Assembly: GCA_045533905.1 (NCBI GenBank)
Contig: JAZSIR010000021.1
Coordinates: 1-64,000 of the forward strand
Reading direction: 5' to 3'
DNA: 64,000 nt
Origin: Clostridia bacterium
GTDB taxonomy: Bacteria > Bacillota > Clostridia > UMGS1883 > UMGS1540
Shown: positions 52,325 through 61,499 of the stretch, in pieces
Layout of the letters: every line of letters begins with the position of its first letter
How positions within the stretch are numbered: position 1 is the stretch's first letter
Translations under genes and position numbers: made by a program
The notes under the pieces: generated by a model
Told to the model about the DNA's origin: nothing
The model's database searches: none
What the model saw: the letters and a program-made list of their open reading frames with translations, nothing else

Positions 52325-52426
52325 ATGTCTTTGAAAAGTGTATCCATACGCATCGAAAAAGAAATGCTCGAAAGGCGAGCACTTTTTATTCTGTTTTCTC
52401 CGCTTCCGAGAATATATTCTCAATAA
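52325..52426 (+). pseudogene. Truncated ribbon-helix-helix (Arc-like) DNA-binding gene
   Basis: GGAGTGA RBS, then MSLKSVSIRIEKEMLER, after which the frame runs into a terminator-like hairpin and the antisense of the next gene. Confidence 0.5.
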
Positions 52427-53705
52427 TTCCCAAATCCCAACAAAGTCTTGATAAAACATATTTATCTCTTATATCCTTTGTGGCTTTAAAGGTTATTGGC
52501 AAAAGTTCTTCATCGAGTCCTATTTCCGCCATTGTTTTCGGAAGACTGGCCTTGTCAAAAAGATTTTCGAGTTCCGAAAACGCAGGCAGCTCCTCCTCGA
52601 TAATTTGCAAAATTGCATCCCACTTGGAAAGCAGTGTCCCAAGTCTTTTTCTGTGACTTTCCAAATTATATTTCTGTTCTTTCTCTTCGAGCGCAATCAT
52701 CGCTTCTGCACCTTTGCCGAGAAATTTTCTCAATGTTTCACTCCACGCCGCAAAATCAAACGCTTCCGCATACGCCAAAGCTTTTTGCCTTTCAGGCGTA
52801 CAGTTTTTTATTTTCTCATAAAGTTTAACGGCTATCAAAGTACCAACCGCACATTGAATGCCGTGAAATTCTACCGCCTCTCCGAATTCTACGCCACGCA
52901 TATCCCAAATATGAGAAAAATAATGCTCAACGCCGGAAGCAGGACGGGACATTCCCGCAAATTTCATAGCAGCTCCGCATATAACCAATCCCTCAAATAC
53001 TGCCTTGACCGCATTTTCATCCCGCTGCAAAAGCCCCTCGGCATTATCAACACACTTCTTTAAAGAACTTCTTACAAGCTCTGCTACCTTCTCGCAATAA
53101 TATTCGCCGTTTATAAGATGCGAGATGCGCCATTCACAAATGGAAACATACTTTGCAAGCATATCACCAAGTCCCGAAAGCATCATTTTTATGGGGGCAT
53201 TACACAAAATGTCCGTATCGCCAAAAATCACATCGGCACATTTACTGTCGAGAGAGGTTTTGAGGCCATCCATTGTCATAGAGGATGTTGCAGAGGCATA
53301 CCCGTCCATAGAGGGCGCTGTTGCCACTATGATATAGAGCCTTCCGGTAACGTTTGCAACAATTTTGCCAATATCGTTGATTACACCCGAGCCGACTGCC
53401 AAAATTAAATCACAATCTTTTTTGTAGTGCATAATGGCACTGCCGGTACTTGTTTCGTCCGGATGTAAAATTTCATCCCTGTAAATGTGGGAAAGTATCT
53501 TCGTTCCGGAAGAGGCAAGAATTTTACAAACCGCATCGCCTGCCGCGGTGAATGTGTTTTCATCCGCAATCAAAAACACTTTTTCCGCATGCAGTTTTTG
53601 TAACACCTGCGGCAATTGATGGATTACCCCTTTGCCGACTATCACTTCCGATTCGAATGTGTGTGCTTTTCCGCATGTACACTGTTTTGTATGTATCAAA
53701 TTCAT
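52386..53705 (-). CDS. sn-glycerol-1-phosphate dehydrogenase (AraM/EgsA family)
   Basis: AVGSGVINDIGK, ATAPSMDGYAS, GLGDMLAK, SRPASGVEHYFSH, HGIQ. Confidence 0.9.
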   Translation of the reverse strand: MNLIHTKQCTCGKAHTFESEVIVGKGVIHQLPQVLQKLHAEKVFLIADENTFTAAGDAVCKILASSGTKILSHIYRDEILHPDETSTGSAIMHYKKDCDLILAVGSGVINDIGKIVANVTGRLYIIVATAPSMDGYASATSSMTMDGLKTSLDSKCADVIFGDTDILCNAPIKMMLSGLGDMLAKYVSICEWRISHLINGEYYCEKVAELVRSSLKKCVDNAEGLLQRDENAVKAVFEGLVICGAAMKFAGMSRPASGVEHYFSHIWDMRGVEFGEAVEFHGIQCAVGTLIAVKLYEKIKNCTPERQKALAYAEAFDFAAWSETLRKFLGKGAEAMIALEEKEQKYNLESHRKRLGTLLSKWDAILQIIEEELPAFSELENLFDKASLPKTMAEIGLDEELLPITFKATKDIRDKYVLSRLCWDLGIIENIFSEAEKTE

Positions 53706-53816
53706 ATCATCACCAATTTAATTTTACCAAATATAGAGAGAATAATCAATACTTGAATATTATCTTGACAAAACAATCATCAATTGATTATAATAGTGAT
53801 TAAATAATAGAAACGG

Positions 53817-54524
53817 GTGATTATTTTGTCGATACATACTAGAGAAGAACTGTATATCAAACTCTTGGCGGAAAGAGAGCATACAGTTCGGGACCTGGCA
53901 AATAAACTTTTTGTGAGCGAACCTACGGTGCGGCGTGATATACTTGTTTTGGAAAAGAAGGATATTATCACACGCAAAAGAGGTAGGGTAAATCTCAAAA
54001 TAAATTCTGCTGATAAACGCATTCCGTTATTTATTCGCGATATGGAAAACAACCCATCTAAAAGGCAAATAGCGCTTAAGGCTTTATCTTACATTAAAGA
54101 TGGCGATACGATTATACTGGATGCCTCCACCACGGCCTACTGCCTGTTGCCGCATCTTGTAAATTTCAAAGAACTTTTCGTAATAACGAACGGCGCAAAA
54201 ACAGCTATTGACCTAGCGGCAATGGGGATCAAAACCATATGCACGGGCGGGGAGCTTACCGAAGAATCCTTTTCGTATGTCGGAACGGATGCCGAGAGCG
54301 TTTTAAGTCGCTATAATGCGGATGTAGCTTTTTTCTCCTGCAGAGGGATAACAGAGGATGGTTTTGTTACAGATAACTCTATTTTAGAAAATTCTATGCG
54401 AAAAATTATGATAAGGAATGCAAGAAAGAGTTACCTTCTTTGTGATAAAAGTAAGCTTGGAAAAACCTATCTGAATACACTTTGCCACAAAAATGAACTG
54501 GATGGCGTTATAACGGATACGTAA
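53817..54524 (+). CDS. DeoR-family transcriptional regulator
   Basis: VSEPTVRRD HTH, ILDASTT, ITNG, DKSK. Confidence 0.92.
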   Translation: MIILSIHTREELYIKLLAEREHTVRDLANKLFVSEPTVRRDILVLEKKDIITRKRGRVNLKINSADKRIPLFIRDMENNPSKRQIALKALSYIKDGDTIILDASTTAYCLLPHLVNFKELFVITNGAKTAIDLAAMGIKTICTGGELTEESFSYVGTDAESVLSRYNADVAFFSCRGITEDGFVTDNSILENSMRKIMIRNARKSYLLCDKSKLGKTYLNTLCHKNELDGVITDT

Positions 54525-54529
54525 TATAT

Positions 54530-54564
54530 AGGGCGTGCCTCACTATATTGAGGCACGCCCTTTT
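54530..54564. terminator. Terminator between the DeoR gene and spoIVB tail 1
   Basis: AGGGCGTGCCTCA-ctatat-TGAGGCACGCCCT followed by TTT. Confidence 0.85.
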
Positions 54565-54697
54565 ACTTATTTGTTTTTCCCACTTCCGAGAGCATATTTT
54601 CAATAAAAATCCCATACCCGCGCGTGGGGTCATTGACGAAAACGTGTGTTACAGCTCCAATGAGTTTGCCATTCTGAACGATTGGGGAGCCGCTCAT
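54563..54697 (-). pseudogene. spoIVB: spoIVB 3' fragment, copy 1 (44 aa)
   Basis: [44 protein letters not shown], the C-terminus of SpoIVB peptidase S55. Confidence 0.92.
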
Positions 54698-54700
54698 GAC

Positions 54701-54721
54701 TGTTGTCAATGGGGGACAACA
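54701..54721. repeat. Putative recombination site 1
   Basis: TGTTGTC-AATGGGG-GACAACA. Confidence 0.8.
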
Positions 54722-54767
54722 AATTTTGAGGAATTTTCAAATCCAAGTTATGTTATATGTACTTTTA

Positions 54768-55976
54768 TCAATCAACTACACAACCATTGGCATCCACCCA
54801 TTTTTTACTGTCTACGTCAACACAAATCAACAACTTATTTAAATCAGTATCGAAAATCTGCTGTCCAAAAGACGGATAATAGCTGAGTCTTTCTGCAGTG
54901 CTGCAAACAGTTTTGTGGGTCATATTGATTGTGCGAAAGCCTTTACCTGAGCCATTTTCAAAAAGTTTAAAATTGGTTTCGTTTGTATGATTCCAGTCAG
55001 GCTGAAGTGTATATTCAATTCTTCCGCAAAAAGCTCCCGGGTGAATTTCACGCATAACATCCCCGAGTTTTCCTCCGGGGGTTTGGGTAGCCAAACGTTC
55101 GATGTTAAAGCTTATCATAGAAACTTCCTGACCGCCGATTAGAATATTACCATCACGGCCATGGTCACCACATTGATTAAACAATGGTAAGTTCACATTT
55201 CTTTCGTCGCAACAGTTAATCATGGTGATAGGATGATTGTATCCACAATTAAAATCGTAGTTACCAAAAGTATAGCCATAAACATTATGTGCTGCCGCAC
55301 AATTTAACATAACAACATGTTCTCCGCCCACCTGAATTCCTTCATAGAAACCACCTGATGTAACATTGTCATAGCGAACAATAAAGTTATTGCTACCATC
55401 GGTCATTGTAAGTCCGATGCAGCCTTCTTTTGCCATATCTGTTACACCCAAATATGTATTATCACGCTTTCCGCGAAGTCTGACATTTTTCATCTGAACG
55501 CGGTCGCAACGACGCAAATCTATGCAGCGAACAGCTTTCTGATTATGCGCCAATGTCATAGTAATATTTTCGAGATTCAGAACCGCTCCGCTATATAAAC
55601 CTCTGTTTTTCCATTCGGTACGAAAAACAGAATATTCACCTTCTTCTATTTTAGAAAGTGCTTCCTCAGAAACATCAATCTGTACGCCCTCACGATTTTG
55701 TTCGAAGCTGAACGATTGTCCGATAATTGCAATTTCCTTATATAAAGCAGGTATCCTAATAGCTGCCATGGGTCCGCCATCTTCAAAATCATAAAAATCA
55801 TCTACACAGTAAACACCGTTCAAAAGATAAACATTCTTTCCTTCTTCTGCGGCAGTCTTAATAGCTTTGTTTATCACAAGTTCATCATTTTTCCCTGAAC
55901 AAACAAAATCAATGCCATCCTTTTCATTAAATTTTGAATTCGATGCAGCAACAGTTATAAAAGGTGAAAAACTCAT
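54768..55976 (-). CDS. Hypothetical beta-helix (pectin-lyase/tailspike-like) protein
   Basis: DELVINKAI...GKNVYLLNGVY N-cap, Gly/Asn-rich rungs, C-terminal GQQIFDTDLNK...WVDANG. Confidence 0.55.
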   Translation of the reverse strand: MSFSPFITVAASNSKFNEKDGIDFVCSGKNDELVINKAIKTAAEEGKNVYLLNGVYCVDDFYDFEDGGPMAAIRIPALYKEIAIIGQSFSFEQNREGVQIDVSEEALSKIEEGEYSVFRTEWKNRGLYSGAVLNLENITMTLAHNQKAVRCIDLRRCDRVQMKNVRLRGKRDNTYLGVTDMAKEGCIGLTMTDGSNNFIVRYDNVTSGGFYEGIQVGGEHVVMLNCAAAHNVYGYTFGNYDFNCGYNHPITMINCCDERNVNLPLFNQCGDHGRDGNILIGGQEVSMISFNIERLATQTPGGKLGDVMREIHPGAFCGRIEYTLQPDWNHTNETNFKLFENGSGKGFRTINMTHKTVCSTAERLSYYPSFGQQIFDTDLNKLLICVDVDSKKWVDANGCVVD

Positions 55977-56015
55977 AAAATCTACTCCTTTTTAATTTTT
56001 ATTCGGGTTAATACC

Positions 56016-56864
56016 TTAAATATTTAAAAATACTATGGATGCAAGTCCTGTTAAGAAACCTGCAAACTGTATTTTTGTCAGTTTTTCTTTATAAAATACT
56101 TTTGAAACAACATATGTAACAATAATTCCCCCTGCCGAAATCAGCGGAAACATAACGGATACAGCCATTGTTCCCGATAACACCATAACAAGCAAATTAA
56201 CAATACCATTCATAGCACCGGAAGCAACAGTAATAAACCGAGCATGATAAAAATTGCTTTTGAAATTATCTTTATTTGTTACCAAAGTGGCTACTGCAAA
56301 AATCAAAAACACAATTGCGAGAGAAATTATCATAAATTCATTTTTGTATTCACCGTCGAATTTAATTTGTTGCATTTTCTGAACGGTTGTACAAAGACCA
56401 TTGCCGGCAAACGAAAGAAAAACAAATAAAAGCCATTTTGGTGTAATAGGACACTTGTCATTATTCTTGTTCACAAGGAAAAGCGAAATCGCAAGCAATC
56501 CAAGACCAATTATAAAATATATGCTTATTGGTTCCCTGAGAAAAGCAATTCCGTAAAAGGTTGGAATCATAAGTGAATATGAAATCATAAGTGACGAAAG
56601 TGACAAAGAACCATTTGCAATAGCAAGCATACCAGATAGTGAAGCGGTTGAAAATGATAAGGCAAAGGCTATCGAATATGGAACAATCCCGGGATTCCAG
56701 CTAATATTCTTTGAAGTAACAAGAAAGAACATCATTGAAAAAAGCGCTGTAAGGGATAAAAAAAGATATGTACCATTTGTACCTGTCTTTTCTGTATAGA
56801 ATTTTTTAGCAATGCTCTGACCGGAAACGCCGGCTATTATAATTATCAAATATATAATGTTCAT
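56016..56864 (-). CDS. EamA/DMT-family membrane transporter
   Basis: About 10 hydrophobic helices in two repeats, ending FLREPI and FYKEKL. Confidence 0.8.
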   Translation of the reverse strand: MNIIYLIIIIAGVSGQSIAKKFYTEKTGTNGTYLFLSLTALFSMMFFLVTSKNISWNPGIVPYSIAFALSFSTASLSGMLAIANGSLSLSSLMISYSLMIPTFYGIAFLREPISIYFIIGLGLLAISLFLVNKNNDKCPITPKWLLFVFLSFAGNGLCTTVQKMQQIKFDGEYKNEFMIISLAIVFLIFAVATLVTNKDNFKSNFYHARFITVASGAMNGIVNLLVMVLSGTMAVSVMFPLISAGGIIVTYVVSKVFYKEKLTKIQFAGFLTGLASIVFLNI

Positions 56865-57021
56865 ACGTTATGGCTCTATTTTCATCTGATACTACAAACA
56901 ATCCCCATCAACTATATAAATTGTACCACTACATATTAATTTTTGTAAATAAATTATATTCTTTAAATATTGCAATATCTTCCCAACTATTATATAATAT
57001 TGTTTAGAGGAGGCGTTAAAA

Positions 57022-57828
57022 ATGATTATAAAATACAATACAGAAAAGTTGCGACGTATTATAACCGATATAACCACCTTGACTGGAATAAGCGTAGCCG
57101 TATTAGATACAGACTATAGCACCATAATAAGAGGACCACAGAGTAAAGAGTATTGCTCATTGCTGCAAACAATAGAAATTAAAAAAAAGCATTGCAAACA
57201 GTGTGATACAAGAATCTTAAACCGATGCCGTTCCTCTAAAAATTTGGAAAGTCACATATGCAGTGCGGGTCTTTATGATTCTGCAATGCCCATTATAAAA
57301 GACGATAACATCGTCGGATATGTCATAATGGGGCAGGTACGTTCTATGGACTCTCCTGCTCTGCCTAAATATTTACCTGATACAGATCCTCAAACACTTA
57401 AAAAGTTAAATAAAATCTATGAACAAACTCCATTTATTTCAAAAAATCAATTGGAAGCACTGTATGATCTTCTGCCTCATATTCTATTTGATAGTGCGAT
57501 TGAGTTTGTGTACGATCCTGTTGCAATTGATATACTTAAGTTTATTGATGCAAATTTGCAAGCGGATTTAAGTATAAAACAGCTATGTGAAAGATTTTAT
57601 ATATCAAAAAACCGATTATATGAAGTTTTTCGGAACAATCTAGGATGCACCGTTACAGGATATATTAACGAACAACGCATCAAGCAAGCAAAAGAATTAC
57701 TTAAACAATCAGACGATTCTATCTGTAATATTGCCGAAAAGGTAGGTATTTACAATTATACATATTTCTGTAAACTATTTAAAAAGCTCAGTGGAGTCAC
57801 ACCCACTGAATACAGAAAAAAGCCATAA
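57022..57828 (+). CDS. PocR-sensor AraC-family regulator
   Basis: YC...CKQCD...CSAGL...MGQ PocR domain plus AraC HTH. Confidence 0.9.
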   Translation: MIIKYNTEKLRRIITDITTLTGISVAVLDTDYSTIIRGPQSKEYCSLLQTIEIKKKHCKQCDTRILNRCRSSKNLESHICSAGLYDSAMPIIKDDNIVGYVIMGQVRSMDSPALPKYLPDTDPQTLKKLNKIYEQTPFISKNQLEALYDLLPHILFDSAIEFVYDPVAIDILKFIDANLQADLSIKQLCERFYISKNRLYEVFRNNLGCTVTGYINEQRIKQAKELLKQSDDSICNIAEKVGIYNYTYFCKLFKKLSGVTPTEYRKKP

Positions 57829-57842
57829 AAGGTTTACGTAAA

Positions 57843-57873
57843 AATGCTCACTTATGAAATATAAGTGAGCATT
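57843..57873. terminator. Terminator between the AraC gene and spoIVB tail 2
   Basis: AATGCTCACTTAT-gaaat-ATAAGTGAGCATT. Confidence 0.8.
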
Positions 57874-57877
57874 AATG

Positions 57878-58009
57878 TTATTTAATTTTCTCCGCTTCAG
57901 CCAGCATATTCTCTATAAATATCCCATATCCACGTGTCGGGTCATTTACAAAAACGTGTGTCACAGCTCCAATGAGTTTGCCATTCTGAACGATTGGGGA
58001 GCCGCTCAA
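57878..58009 (-). pseudogene. spoIVB: spoIVB 3' fragment, copy 2 (43 aa)
   Basis: (TTG)[42 protein letters not shown]. Confidence 0.92.
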
Positions 58010-58012
58010 GAC

Positions 58013-58033
58013 TGTTGTCAATAGGGGACAACA
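58013..58033. repeat. Putative recombination site 2
   Basis: TGTTGTC-AATAGGG-GACAACA. Confidence 0.8.
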
Positions 58034-58035
58034 AA

Positions 58036-60231
58036 TCAGATAAGTTTTTCTAACTCTGCCAGAATTCTATCGGCAATATTCTTCATCCCAATATCTCCGG
58101 GATGGTTTGCAACACCCTCGTGGCTAAATAATCCTATTGCTTTCATTTCATTAAGTTCACCCAGGTCTCCAAGTTCAATACAGGTCAAATTATTTTCTTT
58201 TGCATATTCTAAAATGATTTTATCACCGGGATGTTTCCAAAATCCTGTTGTTAATATAACTTTGGCCTTTAATGATTTGTTTAAATAGTCAAGCAGTTCT
58301 CCCAGTTCACGTTTGAATATTTCACAGTCAAATTCATTTTGCGGACAATTTTCAATAAAACGCATCACGATAATATCAGCATCAAAGCTGCGGGCTTCTT
58401 CAAAGAGATAATGTTTGGTTGAGCCATTTTTATATTCCATTTCCCATTCCGCAACCTGACAGATGCAAAACGCCGCATCGGCTGATTTTTCCGAAACCGC
58501 AGACATCACACGATGAACATAGTCGTTTTCGGGACAGGAAGCCGCCATTCCGCATTCGTTGTACCAGCCTATCTGCGGGCGGAAGCCGTGGAGTGTCATC
58601 GAATTTCCCACAAACATCACTCGTTTACCTTTGCCATTCAAATTAAAAAATCGAATATGCCCACTATTATTGAGTTGATGACCGGCACAAACCGTATTTT
58701 TCTGAAGTTGTTGGTATTCAGATGTTTTATAACAGATATTCTGCGTAAACTCTCCTGTAACGAATTGGTTCTCGTCAAAGTTTTTAAGAAGTTCTTGGTT
58801 CCAATACAAATTCTCAATCAATATATCTTTGGTTTGGTGGGTATCATCATAACCTTTGAAATATAGCGTTGGCTTTTGGCGACCAAAGAGGTGAATGTTA
58901 CTGAACAACATATTTCGATTGATGCCTCTGCGTGTGCCACCAGCAGAATACTCATGATGGAAACTGCTGACAATATGTATAAGATCAGGTGCATAATCTA
59001 AATTGGTGTTTTGATATGTTTCTGAATCTTTATTTTGAATAACACCTATTGGAATCACATCATCGTACTCTATATTTATATTTTTATACACCACATCATG
59101 CACATCGGCATAATCCACGTTGGAGCAGTCAAGTACATGACCGGTAACGTGTATGATGTTGCAGTTCTTAAAAACAATATTGCTTATTTCTTCCGCCCTT
59201 GTTTCTGCCCCGATTTCAAGACTTTTTCCCCAGTCGTTCCATATGGTGCAATTTTTTATAACTGTGTTCTTAAAAACATCGTAAGCTTTTCCTTTACGAT
59301 ACATTGCCTCTTTTACCGCTTTTTCAACATCATCTTCATGATAGCAATCAAAGCCTTTTACACAGATTGAATCATCAAAGGTTCGTAAAAAGCAATTATC
59401 TATAACAACATCTTCGCAATTGTGCATATCAATACCGTCTGAATTGTAACGCCAGCAACCAATAATTTTAACATTTGAAATATGCATATTTTTGCAACCG
59501 ATTGGTCTTATATTATAAACCAATGAATCGCGGATGGTGATGCCTTCAATTTTAATATTGTTACAATATTCAAGTTGAACTGTGTGCTCTCGTTTTGCAT
59601 TATTGACTGCCGAAATATTATTTTCTGCATTATACTCAAAAAGTATTTTCTCAGTGTTTTTACTGTTGTCAAGAATACCTCTGCCCAAAATTTTTATGTT
59701 TTCGGAATCTATTGATTTTACACAGGCATAAACCACCGCACCTTCGTCAATAAACAATGTCTGATTGCTTTTTAATACAATTTCTCCGGCATAGTGTTCA
59801 CCTTTGCCGAAATATATAACATTAGTATTGTTATAATCAATGTCATAGCAAGGTGTGGGATCAGAAAAAATATGAAGTGCATTATTTCTGCCATACGGCT
59901 CAACGGTAAAATAAGCAGGCTTTTCAAGAGTAAATGTGATTTTTCCGTCTTTGATTTCCGGTGTTATACCCAATGACAACGGGCGTATAATAACTTCCTC
60001 AAAGGGATTTTGAGGAATTATTTCAAAAGACACCGATTCATCTGAAGAAAGTGAAAGGAAATTAACAAGTTCGGTTTGAGCTTTACTACGCTGATGCCCC
60101 GGCCAGCGACGGTTAAAAGGGAATGCAGACACACGGGCAGTATCAAGTGTTACCGGTTGTCCGTTCACTTTAACCTTATAATTTTCTATGTGGTCTTTGG
60201 TTTGTGTTACAGGATAAATATTTATCGACAT
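58036..60231 (-). CDS. Beta-helix glycoside hydrolase (GH28-like) fused to a C-terminal SGNH hydrolase
   Basis: [29 protein letters not shown]; C-terminal FVGNSMT...NHPGDIGM. Confidence 0.78.
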   Translation of the reverse strand: MSINIYPVTQTKDHIENYKVKVNGQPVTLDTARVSAFPFNRRWPGHQRSKAQTELVNFLSLSSDESVSFEIIPQNPFEEVIIRPLSLGITPEIKDGKITFTLEKPAYFTVEPYGRNNALHIFSDPTPCYDIDYNNTNVIYFGKGEHYAGEIVLKSNQTLFIDEGAVVYACVKSIDSENIKILGRGILDNSKNTEKILFEYNAENNISAVNNAKREHTVQLEYCNNIKIEGITIRDSLVYNIRPIGCKNMHISNVKIIGCWRYNSDGIDMHNCEDVVIDNCFLRTFDDSICVKGFDCYHEDDVEKAVKEAMYRKGKAYDVFKNTVIKNCTIWNDWGKSLEIGAETRAEEISNIVFKNCNIIHVTGHVLDCSNVDYADVHDVVYKNINIEYDDVIPIGVIQNKDSETYQNTNLDYAPDLIHIVSSFHHEYSAGGTRRGINRNMLFSNIHLFGRQKPTLYFKGYDDTHQTKDILIENLYWNQELLKNFDENQFVTGEFTQNICYKTSEYQQLQKNTVCAGHQLNNSGHIRFFNLNGKGKRVMFVGNSMTLHGFRPQIGWYNECGMAASCPENDYVHRVMSAVSEKSADAAFCICQVAEWEMEYKNGSTKHYLFEEARSFDADIIVMRFIENCPQNEFDCEIFKRELGELLDYLNKSLKAKVILTTGFWKHPGDKIILEYAKENNLTCIELGDLGELNEMKAIGLFSHEGVANHPGDIGMKNIADRILAELEKLI

Positions 60232-60383
60232 ATCTTTGACTCCTTGTATTTTAGAATTACTATGACAATTATAATATTAAAGCAAGTAGAAAAATAGGTA
60301 ATTTTTTAATATTAAAGGTATATATTTATTGACATTTTTGAGGATGCAATATATAATAGTCGTTATAAAAACCCCAAAGGAGT

Positions 60384-61286
60384 TTGATATGTGTGTATGT
60401 TTATAAAATCAAAATAAATTGTTTGCCAAAACTAATATGGGCTTGCGAAGTTACTGTTGAAAACTATGAATGGAGAAATCGCAATAGCAAAGATGTGTTG
60501 GAAATTTCGTATTCAAAATTTGACACAAAATCTGTTACCCTTAATAACAATAACTTTCTACTGAAAAACAACACTCTATCCTGCATAGTGGCTGATGAAA
60601 ACCGTACAGCCTCCTGCAAATCGGGAAAGCCAATAACAATTGTATCAGTTGCTGTTAGTTTAAGTGATTTTAAATACCAACCATGCGAACTTGTTGAAGC
60701 TGACTTGAGTGATGAAACAGTTCTTATATTGCCTTTTTATTTGGAAGAGTTGCCAATTAATTATGAACTTGAAATAATAAAGAAACTTCATGAAATCATT
60801 AAACTATCTTCCGCTGATTCGGAAAACAGAAAGATTGCTTTAGCATCTGCATTCTTTAACCTGATATGTGAGATTGATAAAATAACACGAAATAATATCT
60901 GCAGCCAAAACAACAGCGTCAATTATTATGTAAAAAAAATTGATTACATTATCGAATCCAGATATAATGAGAAAATCACTCTCCAGTCAGTTGCATCAGA
61001 GTTGAATATATCACCGGTTTACCTGTCAACCATTTATAAAAGCATAACCGGTATAAATTTTTCGGAGCAACTTCTTATTGTGCGGATGAAACACGCAGAA
61101 AATTTATTGTTTGATCAAAATATTTCCACAACAAAGGTTGCAGAACTTTGCGGATTTTGCGATGAAAATTATTTCAGGAAAAGATTCAAACGTTTTTTTG
61201 GTATGAATGTAAGCGAGTGCAGAAAAATCAAAAACGGATTAACGCTCTACCACGAAAAACCTCAAAGAAAAAATGACAGCTGCTAA
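60384..61286 (+). CDS. AraC-family transcriptional regulator
   Basis: C-terminal ISPVYLS...VAELCGFCDENYF. Confidence 0.9.
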   Translation: MICVYVYKIKINCLPKLIWACEVTVENYEWRNRNSKDVLEISYSKFDTKSVTLNNNNFLLKNNTLSCIVADENRTASCKSGKPITIVSVAVSLSDFKYQPCELVEADLSDETVLILPFYLEELPINYELEIIKKLHEIIKLSSADSENRKIALASAFFNLICEIDKITRNNICSQNNSVNYYVKKIDYIIESRYNEKITLQSVASELNISPVYLSTIYKSITGINFSEQLLIVRMKHAENLLFDQNISTTKVAELCGFCDENYFRKRFKRFFGMNVSECRKIKNGLTLYHEKPQRKNDSC

Positions 61287-61305
61287 ATTTAGCGGCTGTC
61301 ATTTT
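61268..61305. terminator. Terminator between the AraC gene and spoIVB tail 3
   Basis: AAAATGACAGCTGCTAA...TTAGCGGCTGTCATTTT. Confidence 0.8.
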
Positions 61306-61308
61306 AAA

Positions 61309-61461
61309 TTAAAAATTTTCTGAATTCTTTTCTTCAATGCTTCGTGCAGCCGCTAACATATTTTCAATAAATATCCCATAACCTCTTGTTGGATCATTTA
61401 CAAATACGTGTGTCACAGCTCCCACAATTCGGCCATTTTGCAGGATGGGTGAACCAGACAC
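61309..61461 (-). pseudogene. spoIVB: spoIVB 3' fragment, copy 3 (50 aa)
   Basis: (GTG)[49 protein letters not shown]. Confidence 0.92.
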
Positions 61462-61464
61462 GAG

Positions 61465-61485
61465 TGTTGTCAATATGGGACAACA
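61465..61485. repeat. Putative recombination site 3
   Basis: TGTTGTC-AATATGG-GACAACA. Confidence 0.8.
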
Positions 61486-61499
61486 ATTTTTTATATTTT

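Noticed and set aside
52386-53705. G1P dehydrogenase as a sign of archaeal-type lipid synthesis
   Set aside because: AraM-type enzymes are common in Firmicutes sugar loci, and no GGGP synthase or related genes are in the window.
54701-54721. TTGACA inside the junction palindromes as a -35 promoter box
   Set aside because: No -10-like hexamer lies 16-18 bp downstream (CCCAAT or CCCATC).
54548-54886. Plus-strand 112-aa ORF across junction 1
   Set aside because: It is antisense to the spoIVB tail, spans a terminator, and has no equivalent ORF at the other junctions.
54563-61485. Repeats as a CRISPR array or IS ends
   Set aside because: The units are about 150 bp, protein-coding and 3.3-3.5 kb apart; there are no cas or transposase genes and no target-site duplications were seen.
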